Source: Octopus vulgaris (Eukaryota). Taken from it: a stretch of 64,000 nt of DNA. Positions within the stretch are counted from its first letter, which is position 1. Each line of letters begins with the position of its first letter. Both the position numbers and the translations under genes were made by a program. The DNA lies in contig OX597818.1 of assembly GCA_951406725.2 (NCBI GenBank), forward strand, positions 64,480,001-64,544,000, written 5' to 3'. Under the pieces are notes generated by a model. That model was not told the origin of the DNA and did not search any database. It saw only the letters and a program-made list of their open reading frames with translations. Positions 40,677-52,894 of the stretch are shown in pieces.

Positions 40677-41210
40677 GTGTTTTTCTGATTTGAATATTCA
40701 CACCCAATTTGAATTGTCTCGATTCGCCACCTGGCAACTTTCCGTCTTCTGACTCCGTACTTATTACGAACAGAGCGATGTCGGTTTCGCATAAGAGTTA
40801 ATGATTCCAGTTTAAGTTTGATTCGTGTAATGTAAATCATTTAATTCTTGGAGATTGATTGTAACTGTTGCTCTCAGCTTTTCTTTTCCTGTTATCGAGT
40901 TAATTGATAATGCAGTTGTTCCAGTAACTCGCTCAATTTCCATCAGGCGTATGCTGCAGAATTATTCAATTACGTTGTTGGCCGTAGGAGCGACGGATTC
41001 AGTTCATAGTCCTCTACTTCTGATACATTTAGAACAACATTTGAAGGAGGTGAGAACCTTGCCCAATATGATATAGTTAGGCAAACGTCCTTAACAATGG
41101 AAACTATTTATATTTTCAATTCCATTTCTGAAGAGACTTGAATCTACTCCCATCCAATTTGTTCGGTCCTTGATCTGATTTATTTTTCATGAACTGATTG
41201 GTGTCAATTT

Positions 41211-41647
41211 ACTCTTTTACTCTTTTAATTTTTTCAGTCATTTGACTGTGGCCATGCTGGAGCACCACCTTTAGTCGAGCAAATCGACCCCAGGACTTAT
41301 TCTTTGTAAGCCTAGTACTTATTCTATCGGTCTCTTTTGCCGAACCGCTAAGTTATGGGGACGTAAACACACCAGCATCGATTGTCAAGCGATGTTGGAG
41401 GGACAACACATACACTCAAACACACACACACACACACACACACATACATACACACACACATATATAAATATATATATACATTCATATATACGACGGGCTT
41501 CTTTCAGTTTCCGTCTACCAAATCCACACACGAGGCTTTGGACGACTAGAGGCTATAGTAGAAGTCACTTGCCCAAGATGCCACGCAGTGGGACTGAACC
41601 CGGAACCATGTGGTTGTTAAACAAGCTACTTACCACACAGTCACTCC
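41211..41647 (-). mobile_element. SINE family 1, full length
   Basis: Matches 4751-5155. Confidence 0.92.
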
Positions 41648-42611
41648 TACGCCTAATTTGTTTATATTTTTTGAAAGCATTCCTTTTGCCGAAGAAATGT
41701 TGGGTATTTCGGCAGACGTCCAGAAAGCGTTGCAACATCTACTGATTTATTCAGCTTCAGTCCAAGCTTTCGTGTGTGCTGATGTGTTCTCTTAAAAGTA
41801 AGGCTTTGTAGTTAACAAATGTTACACGCTTTAAAGTAAGGAGTCGCTCCATCGCTACAATTACAACCTCAGAAAATCCTATCATCTGCTTTTCTCTTTT
41901 AACGCCTCTGGTCTTATCGATTGTGTAACGAAGGCCATCATTTCTCAGTGATATGGGCGTGCAAGCTAGTAGTTCTTGTCCCAAATCATACCCCAAATCC
42001 AAATACTCTTGGATACACAGGTTCGATTTTCTTTCGAAAGGTAAATACCTTCTTCGATTGTGATGGCAAGGCGTGGAATACACATAATTCAGTGACGTTC
42101 TGTTAGGAATTCAGACGGATTTCTGTCGCCAGAGGGCAATATAAGAAAACTTAGTTATTTACAGGACACTTTACAGTGTGTGATTGTGATGCAAAAAATT
42201 TGTACTAAGATTTCAATAGTTTAGTTCAGTATCACAAATTTAAATTTCGCAATGCTCTTGATGTAGGAGGGCTGATAGATACCGTACTATATTTAATATA
42301 CACTTCATATGTGTGTATGTATATGTGTGTGTAGTAGTAGTAGTCGTTGTAGTATTAGTAGTAGTAGTAAAAGTAGTAGTAGTAGTAGTAGCAGTAGTAG
42401 TAGTAGTTGTTGTATTAGTAGTAGAAGAATAGGAAATCCTTAGTACTATATTATATATTCGAAAAATGTATAGAAAAAATCCAGGAGAGACATTTTTATT
42501 CATTTTTTCAATTATACACACACACATACATACATACATACATACATACATACACACATATACATTTATACAGATACATATGCATATATATACATATATA
42601 TACATATATAT

Positions 42612-42642
<31 letters not shown>

Positions 42643-42672
42643 CATATATACATATACACACACACACACACG

Positions 42673-42716
<44 letters not shown>

Positions 42717-43280
42717 CAGGCAAGTTCCTCTAAGTGAACATATAGAAAAATGTGCAGCTAACAACAAACCAAATTTCACACTCTTCCCCTTCTACCAATG
42801 CAAAAGCAATAATCTCTCCACAAGAACTTTTAAATAAAGAAACTTTTTTCATTGAAAATTGCAGAAAAGTTTTAATATGCACGCACAACCAACTTTCATC
42901 ATTTTACATATTTCAATTCACGATTACATCACTGTACATAAATCCCATCACAACAAGTTTTTCGAAAACTTTTTTTCTGTGTACATATATATTCCCCTCC
43001 CCTTACGAAATCTGAACAGTTATCTCCCTTGCCCAGAAGAATAACAATAATAACCATAACCAATTGCTACTTGTGAAATGGACAAAAATATCTTCTTAAG
43101 AAAATGTAAATTCAAATAAATAACTATAATATCATGAATAGCGAGAGGGAAACCGGTCGATATAGTGAAAATCATATTAAAACTATGTAAAGTATGTGTA
43201 ATTTCCTTTTTTAATTTATTACATATATTACAACTAACCGTGTGGGGATAATCGAAATCCCTTCTTTTCTGTTACTATTA
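42717..43280 (+). mobile_element. 3' end of a Penelope-like element (GIY-YIG C-terminus plus pLTR)
   Basis: RQVPLSEHIEKCAANNKPNFTLFPFYQC...KETFFI resembles PLE endonuclease C-termini; downstream hammerhead remnant; flanked by (TA)n. Confidence 0.7.
43123..43166 (+). ncRNA. Degenerate minimal hammerhead in the PLE pLTR
   Basis: ATATC-atgaata-gcgagagg-GAAACCGGTC-GATAT; palindromic stem III ACCGGT, GTC site; core mutated. Confidence 0.55.
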
Positions 43281-43292
43281 TGTACATATATA

Positions 43293-43323
<31 letters not shown>

Positions 43324-43437
43324 AAAACAATATATATATATTGTATATGTATATATACATATACATATAAAATATATATTTATATATTGTGTGTATATAT
43401 ATATAGAATATATATAGATAGATAGATAGATAGATAG

Positions 43438-43475
<38 letters not shown>

Positions 43476-43514
43476 TATATGTATATGTACATATATATAC
43501 ACACACATACATAT

Positions 43515-43579
<65 letters not shown>

Positions 43580-44411
43580 GTCCATATTGTGTTATACAGA
43601 GATATACCTATGTGTATCGGTCTATGTAGAGACATAACTTTCATAAATGTGTGTGGGTTTGCGCGCATGCGTGTATACATTTTTAATATTTTACTTAAAC
43701 AAACTCTGAAATATTATGGTGCGTTAATTATGAATGCGTTTCATTTACTATGTCACTGAACAACACCATAGATATGAAGTGTCGTAAATACTACGTCGAC
43801 ATATACAAACAGGACACAGAACAACAATATCAAACAAAATTATGTGCCGAAATTACTGAGGAAATTAAATATTTATGAGTTAAATAACGTGACATAGTTA
43901 CTGATATTCCACAACTTCCATGAAATCATTGTTTTCTTTTTCCGTTCTGAAAGCTATATCACATTGATTCCTGTTTATAAATATTTTCTTTTTTGTTTTC
44001 AGATTGGTTCAGTAACAAAAGCTAATATTTTCCTGTATCATATTTTACCCAAAAGTACATAATTACGAGTTACGAACTCGTAATAAAGAGCCTGCAGATT
44101 CTAAAGAAAAAAAAAACCTTTTGGGAATTAAATAAACTGTGATAGATTATTTAAATGTAATTGGCAGCGACAGTCATATGTTATTGCACTATTTTCACTA
44201 TTTTCATGCCTGGATTCTAATAATTTTAGCTCAGCATTGTGTCTTTTGTCTAAAATGCTTTTTATTCACTAATATACTTGGTAAGAGCCTCAATAGACCT
44301 GTGGCACATTTTAATTTAATGTTTATTCCTATTGCTTTGAATTAATCAAGTTTCCTCTTGTAGCGTGGAAATGTCGGGAATATGATTTTCTATTTTTTCG
44401 GTCATTATATA

Positions 44412-44639
44412 TTTCTTTACTACCCACAAGGGGCTAAACACAGAGGGCACAATCCAAGACAGACAAAAGGATTAAGTCGATTACATCGACGCCAGTGCGT
44501 AACTGGTACTTAATTTATCGACCCCGAAAGGATGAAAGGCAAAGTCGACCTCGGCGGAATTTGAACTCGGAACTTAACAACAGACAAAATACGGTTACGC
44601 ATTTCGCCCGGCGTGCTAACGGTTCTGCCAGCTCGCCAC
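44412..44639 (-). mobile_element. SINE family 2, full-length monomer
   Basis: Minus-strand head GGTGGCGAGCTGGCAGAACCGTTAGCACGCCGGGCGAAATG, B box GAGTTCAAATT, tail GTGGGTAGTAAAGAAATA. Confidence 0.9.
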
Positions 44640-45571
44640 CCGCGTGACAGATCAATCCTGACGCTTGAAATTAAAGCAAGATGAATATTTGGGTCAGATA
44701 TGAGTGGTTTAAATTTTGATATCCATGAAAGAAACTGGGTGTAAGATGGCGCAATCGCTATAACGCCGGTCAAAATGCTTAAGGATGTTTCGTCCATCAT
44801 TACGTTCCGAGATAAAATTCCGCCGAGATCGATTTTACCTTTCGTACTTTACTATTTGAGTAATGGGTTTGATGTAATCGACTCACCTGCTCTCTTAAAG
44901 AATCAATAAGAGGACAGGTGATTTTAACGAGGTAATCAGTTTTGAAGTTTGGTTAATTAGATTTTCTGCAAAGATGACTGTCGTGTCGAGTATCAACGTT
45001 TGACTTATTTCCCTCCCTATCTACGATATATTTTACAAATATTAATACGATGCAAGAGTTAAATGTTTCGAAGAAAAATATAGAAATCTGAAACACCGTT
45101 TGTTATAAATTTCGCGATATAGCTAGCAGCTAAAAACGTAATGAACGTGGGATTTTGTATATATTAGCTTTAGTTTACACTTATGATGAAATATTTCGTT
45201 GAATAACTTGTCTTCAATCTATGATTATTATTGCATACAATAACATCATTTAATATTTGTATGACAGTAACTCTTTAACCAGCTGCCAAATTCTGTGAAG
45301 TGTAGTTTATTGTAACATCGTCTTCGCTCTTCATTGGAATTGAAACAAATAGAAAATTTAGGAGATTTATTTAGTATCATAATACTCCATCTGAAGAATA
45401 TGATTTATGATGTCATGAGTTAAATTTCTCTTTTAACAAAGCCAATGTTTTAATATACTATTGCGAAGCCTCTCCATCATATAATATTAGATACGATGTC
45501 TTCTAAAATAACAATATTTAACAACGTACGAAAGAGACACAGTCTAATATAACACTTGATATATACACACA

Positions 45572-45658
<87 letters not shown>

Positions 45659-45730
45659 TCAACAAAAGATATATATATATACAATAAACATCTGTCTGTC
45701 TGTCCGATAAATATCAATTTCTACCCTTAA

Positions 45731-45829
<99 letters not shown>

Positions 45830-46385
45830 ATATGCCTGTGTATGTATGCGTGTAACTGTGTGTGTGCATGTGTGTGTATGTGTTTTGGGCATGACTATAT
45901 ACTGTATCCGGTGTTGAGACTTCGCGTAGGGAATTCTGGAGATATGTGGAGCGTGGAATCTCCTCTAATTACCTGTATACGCAGGTTACTTCTGACCCAG
46001 AACTCTAGTGCTTGCCAGGGTACAACCTCTGAGGTTTATGCATTTAAAGTAGGCTTTCCAAACGATTTAGAAACAAATCGCTTGTAAATCTGGTGTTGGT
46101 AATTAAAATTTCTCCCCTCGAGAAATGAAATTATAATTTTCGCGTCTGCCCTCGATAGCTGAGTTGTTTGAGGCAAAATAACCTTTTTCTCGTATTTATG
46201 ATCGAAACGCTTATGGTCTCGGTAAAGAAATGCTACGGCTGAATATGTGTGAACACTCAAACGACAGAGACATATTTGTAAGTTACTCCGAAACAGGTTT
46301 CTATTATCTACACAAAAGGATAAGAACAAAGGTCAACACATTTATTGATATCACAAAATAGACTGGAATATAAACGAATCATCTC

Positions 46386-46626
46386 TAGCAGTTCAGTTCT
46401 ATATTCAAGAGATGACGAATTATGTACATTATTTACATTCTACATATTTGACATATATTTGTCCTCATCTTGTTTAACACAACATTTCGGCGGATATACC
46501 TTCAAGTGCTTATCAGGTGTCTTGGGGAAATTTTGAAGCTGGTTTCTCATTCGATGTTGTTGTTGTTGTTGTTGTTATTATTGTTGTTATTATTACTATT
46601 ATTATTATCATTATTACAATTATTAA

Positions 46627-46688
<62 letters not shown>

Positions 46689-46698
46689 TTAGTATTAC

Positions 46699-46759
<61 letters not shown>

Positions 46760-46838
46760 ATCACTGATTGAAATCGAAATTAGAATCTTGGGGTTAGAAG
46801 CCCACGTTATTAACCACTATGACATATGCCCGTGAGCA
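46386..46838 (-). mobile_element. SINE family 3: tRNA head + (AAT)n + hammerhead-bearing tail
   Basis: Head 46838-46757 homologous to 14784-14858; (AAT)n; tail with ACAC-CTGATAA-...GCC-GAAATGTT-GTGT (46477-46520). Confidence 0.75.
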
Positions 46839-46916
<78 letters not shown>

Positions 46917-46918
<2 letters not shown>

Positions 46919-47385
46919 TAAAAGATGGGCTACAGCAAATATTCTGCTCAATACCACAGATTTGCTTGTCAGTTGTTTGACCTTAACCAGTTGAGCATGT
47001 CCCTTAGTGGCTGACGATATGTGCATCTCTGATCACGAGCAGAAGTAGTGGGGGAGCATCATAGCCATGTGTTGAGAGGGATGCTTTGGGGTTTGAATAG
47101 TTCACCTCTAGAAACATGGGTGGTTCTTTCAACATCCTTAAACAACCCTTATTCGGGGACCGTTTGAGCGGGATGGGCTACTCAACCTGAAGAAAATTCA
47201 AACTGGGCCCCACCTGCAAGGTCATGTGCTGTTTATCTTGATATGAGATCACCATGTCGCGCACATATGGTTGTGATGCATGTGCCTGGTGTACCTTTAT
47301 CAGACGGGTAGTCATGATGGGTATATTGGGCTTCGTATATTTTACCCCAGTGTCACTTTGATGGCATGAACTGCTCTCTCACTCA
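46917..47385 (+). mobile_element. Unclassified ~470-bp insertion within an (AAT)n tract
   Basis: GC-richer non-coding block bounded by (AAT)n on both sides, ending ...ctctctcactcAATAAT. Confidence 0.5.
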
Positions 47386-47427
47386 ATAATAATAATAATA
47401 ATAATGATGACAATAATAATATTAATA

Positions 47428-47464
<37 letters not shown>

Positions 47465-47605
47465 CAATAACCTCGAAACATAAATAAGGAATGAGAACGC
47501 AGGTTCGAAATTTTCCCAAGACACCCGATGAGGGCTGAAGGGTATATCAGCCGAAAAAAATGAGGACAACTATCTGTCAAATGTAAATAATGTAAATAAT
47601 CTTAA
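47465..47605 (+). mobile_element. Inverted second tail of SINE family 3 with truncated hammerhead
   Basis: ACAC-CCGATGA-gGGCTG...CAGCC-GAAA (47521-47556); inverted homologue of about 46420-46555. Confidence 0.75.
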
Positions 47606-47791
47606 ACAGTTGTTGGTAAAACATTTTTCATGTCCATAGCAAGACTGGGAATTTAAACAATAAACACACACCGTAAAAACAATCCGTATATAAAATATAA
47701 ACAATAAACTTAGAGTAGATAACACGTAGTAAGAATATGTTTGAAGTAAAAATATATCGGAATACAAGACTATTTGTGTAAACGAATTACA

Positions 47792-48186
47792 TCTTTATAT
47801 ATAAAAGTAAGGTTGTGTGTTTGTCTACTCCGATTTAGATTCCTAACTACTCCCACATTTTGCGGTGCAGTTTAACCAAAACCGGGTATCTTATAGTCGT
47901 GATTCATATCGAGCCCTTCTGGGTATTAGCGCGCGTCTACGATGAGTCTACGATTTAAAAAATAATTTGCCATCATTTTTTTCCATTTTAATGCATATTT
48001 TTTTTAATATAAGGGAAGTAACTCTCTAAAAATGTCTACGATGAGTCAACGATTTTTAAAAAAAATTGCCATCATTCCTTTTCCATTTTTAATGCATTTT
48101 TTTGCTATTTTTTGGCTATAACTCTCTAAAAATGCTTTATAGTTATTTCCCTTACAAACCCGAGCAACGCCGGGTGATACCGCTAG
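47792..48186 (+). mobile_element. Non-autonomous Helitron
   Basis: A|TC...CCCGAGCAACGCCGGG...CTAG|T; homologous to 5552-6081. Confidence 0.88.
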
Positions 48187-48610
48187 TCTAGAATAAAATA
48201 TGTTAATCCACAAATGTAGTGCGCATGTCACATTTGCGCTGGACGTATAATAAACATATGTCCACTCCCGGAATATTAAAGGTTCGAGTTACATAGAGCA
48301 CCATTGATTGACCTACTGAGGAAGCACATGATAAATATTCTTTAATCATTTTTTCTTTCTTTATATATGGCCCCCGAAGTATTATTACAACTGCTATCAG
48401 TCAGTCTTGAACTAATCGAAGCAAATCGATATCGAGCATTCAACTCAGGATGAATATGGAGAACTAATATATAACGTGTGTGTTTGTATATATTCATACA
48501 TACTTATATATACTTATATACATTCAAATACATATAAGTGTGCTTGTGTGCGCTTGTGTGTATGAGTGCGTGTGTGTGTATATATATGTATATGCATGCA
48601 CATGTATATA

Positions 48611-48642
<32 letters not shown>

Positions 48643-48881
48643 CATATATGCACGAATACATCGTATATGCACAAACACACACACACTCACACCCATACAT
48701 ATACACGCACCTATACATACACAAATATATATATACGTATATACATAAACATGCAAACACACACACATATGAATGTATGTATATATATATGCCTATGCAT
48801 GTGCATATATATATGTATGTCTGTGTATATGTATATGTATGTGTATAAATATATAGTACATATATATGTGTGTGTATATGT

Positions 48882-48927
<46 letters not shown>

Positions 48928-48940
48928 ATACATATACATA

Positions 48941-49003
<63 letters not shown>

Positions 49004-49005
<2 letters not shown>

Positions 49006-50179
49006 TGTCTCTGGAAAGTTACTGAAATGGATTAAGTGTTTCCTGACAGACAGATCTCAACATGTTGTAGTTGAAGGGGTAAAATCAAGCCCAGCCAAAG
49101 TCAGTAGTGGCGTTCCGCAAGGCACTGTGCTGGGACCACTTCTTTTCATCATTTACATTAATGACATTAATGACATCATCAAGCACAGCAACATAAAAAT
49201 CTTTGCAGATGACTCCAAGCTACAGAAGGTCATAAATGAGGCGAGTGACCGGACATGCCTTCAGTCAGATCTACTGGCTGTTATCAAATGGGCAGAAAAA
49301 AACAATATGCTGCTGAACGAGGATAAATTTGAGCTAATCCACTTTGGAAAAGAGGATGCCCTGAAACTCCCATACTCCCTTCTTTCAGGTGAAACTCTCG
49401 CGGCGTCCAACAACATCAGAGACTTGGGAGTAATTGTGGACAACAACGTAAGCTGGGCCACTCATATAAACACCAAAGTTGACATGGCCCGCAGAATGTG
49501 TTCCTGGATTCTCAGAACTTTCCAGTCGAGAGATATCCACACCATTATCCTTCTCTTCTCCACTTTTGCCCGACCTCACCTTAAATACTGTTGTCCACTG
49601 TGGTCTCCCCACACAATACAAGGTATCATAAAAGTTGAAGCACCTCAAAGGGCAATCACAAAAAAAGATAGATGGCATGACAGGCCTCGACTATTGGGGT
49701 CGGCTAGAAAAGCTAAAACTCTATTCTCACCAACGTCATCGTGAGCGCTACATCATCTGCATGATGTGGAAAATATTCCATCAGCATTGCCCAAATGATG
49801 TTGGCATCACCTTTAAGGTACATCCAAGGCTTGGGCCCCGTGCCATCCGCCCAAAACAAAAATCGCACTCTCATCTCATAACAACAATACGGCACAATTA
49901 TTTCACCTCAATTGGCACCGCTCTCTTTAACATTACACCAAAACACATTAAAACAGAAACTGACCCTATAGGGTTCAAGAAGTCTTTGGACAGATTCCTT
50001 CAAGAAATCCCGGATAAACCCCCTACACCTGGATATGTCTCTGTAAACAATAACTCTCTACTTGAGTGGGCCATAGTGCCCAAATTCTGACTTGAAAGAC
50101 TTCACCAGGTGGTGCTATTAAGTTAGACATGGCCTGGGCCAATAATGGCCGAAACCTATCAAAGTATCAAAGTATCAAA

Positions 50180-50180
<1 letters not shown>
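49004..50180 (+). mobile_element. 5'-truncated CR1/L2-group LINE (RT C-terminal half plus 3' UTR)
   Basis: SGVPQGTVLGPLLFIIYIND, FADD, RDLGV, RPHLKYC..WSP; one frameshift in the A-run at about 49660; stop at 50090; tail (TATCAAAG)x3; inserted in (TA)n. Confidence 0.93.
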
Positions 50181-50232
<52 letters not shown>

Positions 50233-50770
50233 TATAAATAAATATACATATATACACATATGGGCGTATTGACATCGTCCATCGTTCGGAATGTCATGGA
50301 TTGCTTAATCGAGAGTGTAGGTCGTGTACATGTCGGAATTCAACAACAGAAGAAAGTAGACCGTGCGGTTGACTTGAGGCCCCAAACGAATGATCAAAGA
50401 CGATCCAACAGAAGCAAATCTGTTTCGTTGCGTGTGCTCATGATACTAGACGTTTTCTATGTGTATCCTACATCAGCTCGCAGCTAATTTTCTTCTCGTG
50501 TGCAGATTATCCAATACTGTTCTAATTCGCTTACTTCTATAAATGTTTAACTCTTATACCAATCGCGAATTCAGCACTATATGCATAGTCAATAAGCACT
50601 ACTGTATATTTCTTAGACTATTTCAATATAGACCAAAGCAATTTCCTATTGAAAATTTCTTTGCATAAAGAAGATTATTCATACGAAATAAATTTTATGT
50701 TGTTTAGTTTGCTCTCTTAATTAAAATGCTTGCAGAATGCATACAAAATTATATATATATACATATATAT

Positions 50771-51125
50771 ATATATATCATTCTTTTATTCTTTAACTTC
50801 TTTCAGTCATTTCACGACGGCCATACCGAAGCAACGCCCTGTTAGTCGAAGGAATCGACTTACTCTTTGTAACGCTTCTATTTGTCCGATCAGTTCATTT
50901 AGCCGAAGCGGTAAGTTACGGGAACGTAAACACACCAATATCGGTTTTCAAGCAATGGTTGGCGGGAAACAAACACAGATACAAAGACTCACACTCACAC
51001 CCACGCACACACACACACATACACACACACGCACACACACACACATAGGTGAAGTAGAAAGCACTTGCTGAAGGTGCAATGAAGTTGGACTCAACTCAGA
51101 ACGATGTGTTTGTGAAGCAACCACA
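50771..51125 (-). mobile_element. Diverged SINE family 1
   Basis: Degenerate tail, body and head. Confidence 0.65.
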
Positions 51126-51811
51126 TTTTTTTTTCTGATTTATTTCTCAATACTACAGTACACCCTGAAACGAGAAATATTTCTGTCCCACTTCTGAAAT
51201 TTAGTTACTGAAATGACCTCAGTACCTCAGAATATCTCGTAGAGCAGATGTTTTGTGTTTTAGGATTTCGGTCGATTTCCTCTAAATTTTCAGAAGTATG
51301 TTCACCTTGGGAAACGTTACTTTTGCACATCCTCTCCTTCATTTAATATTTATAACTATTTCAATGACTTAAATTCAGTTTTATATCAGTAACAGCTTTT
51401 TAATATATGATTTTTTCTAGTTATGTAATAATTTGTAAGCAATATTCCTGGCTGAAAGTATTAAAGGAAATTACAAACACATTCCGGTTTAATGGCAGTA
51501 TCATTTCGCTAAACTGGTTGTCTTTGTGTGGTACAAACGTCACTGTGTACCCCAACTGAAGTCAGGACCAGATCCTGTAATATCTTACATTCTAATGACT
51601 CACAGCTCTTCAAAAATCTGCAAAAAAATAGAGAGAAACGTACACAATATGGATGACTTGAAAATGTAATATTCTGGAGTTCAAACGAAAACAATCAGTG
51701 GTACTCCAACCTGACAGCTATCGCATGGATTACATGCATAAAAGAAAACATTACACACACACACACTCATATACATGTACATATATATTATACAAATACA
51801 TATATATATAT

Positions 51812-52217
51812 ACTCTTACTCTTTTTTACTCTTTTACTTGTTTCAGCCATTTGACTGCGGCCATGCTGGAGCACCGCCTTTAGTCGAGCAAAACGACCCC
51901 GGGACTTATTCTTTGTAAGCCCAGTACTTATTCTATCGATCTCTTTTTTTGCCGAACCGCTAAGTAACGGGGACGTAAACACACCAGCATCGGTTGTCAA
52001 GCAATGCTAGGGGGACAAACACAGACATACAAACACACACACATATATATATACATATATACGACAGGCTTCTTTCAGTTTCCGTCTACCAAATCCACTC
52101 ACAAGGCATTGGTCGGCCGGGGCTATAGCAGAAGACACTCGCCCAAGATGCCACGCAGTGGGACTGAACCCGGAACCATGTGGTTGGTTAGCAAGCTACT
52201 TACCACACAGCCACTCC
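51812..52217 (-). mobile_element. SINE family 1, full length, young
   Basis: Near-identical to 4751-5155. Confidence 0.93.
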
Positions 52218-52286
52218 ATATGCATACATATATATGTATGCATATAAATATACACACACACACATACGCACACACACACATATATA

Positions 52287-52434
<148 letters not shown>

Positions 52435-52598
52435 GATATACACTTCCTGTGCGTTAAACTAATACATCTGTGTGCTGTTCATTCTCTTCCGACTGAATCT
52501 ACGCTTGCGTAGTGGATTTTGAAAAAAAAAACATTATAACACATAGAGATGGGACACGTACAATCGGTTTCATAATTATTCGATAGTCTTGGACGGCT

Positions 52599-52681
52599 CG
52601 GTTACTGAAGAGGATTTGCTTGGTAAATTGAATTATTTTATTTTATTTACTAAAAAAATCCGAAACCTATAAGTATAACTG
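52599..52681 (+). ncRNA. Type I hammerhead ribozyme, canonical core
   Basis: Stem I CGGTTA/TAACTG, CTGAAGA, stem II GGATTT/AAATCC extended by TTGGTAAAT/ATTTACTAA, GAAAC-ctataa-GTA. Confidence 0.75.
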
Positions 52682-52824
52682 TTAAAACGAAGTAATAGCT
52701 TTATTTTTCATTCCCTTTGACATTGCTTAAATTTTTCTGTAGTCTTCAGACCTATTGACTGTCTCCTATCCTAGAGTGTAGAACTTGCCTGCTATTGGTA
52801 ATTTCTTTTTGTTTTAAATGTACA

Positions 52825-52894
<70 letters not shown>

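Noticed and set aside
41757-42083. 108-aa minus-strand ORF with GFSEVVIVAMERLLTL resembling GPCR TM3/DRY
   Set aside because: No other transmembrane segments or convincing splice context; probably chance.
42125-42139. CTCF-like motif CGCCAGAGGGCA
   Set aside because: A single short match, plausible by chance; no supporting data.
44003-44025. WFSNK homeodomain-like peptide after a strong acceptor
   Set aside because: An immediate stop codon follows and no other homeodomain sequence is present.
50125-50160. ggccaataatggccgaaac in the CR1 3' UTR as a hammerhead
   Set aside because: No CUGANGA core; it fits the ordinary LINE 3' stem-loop.
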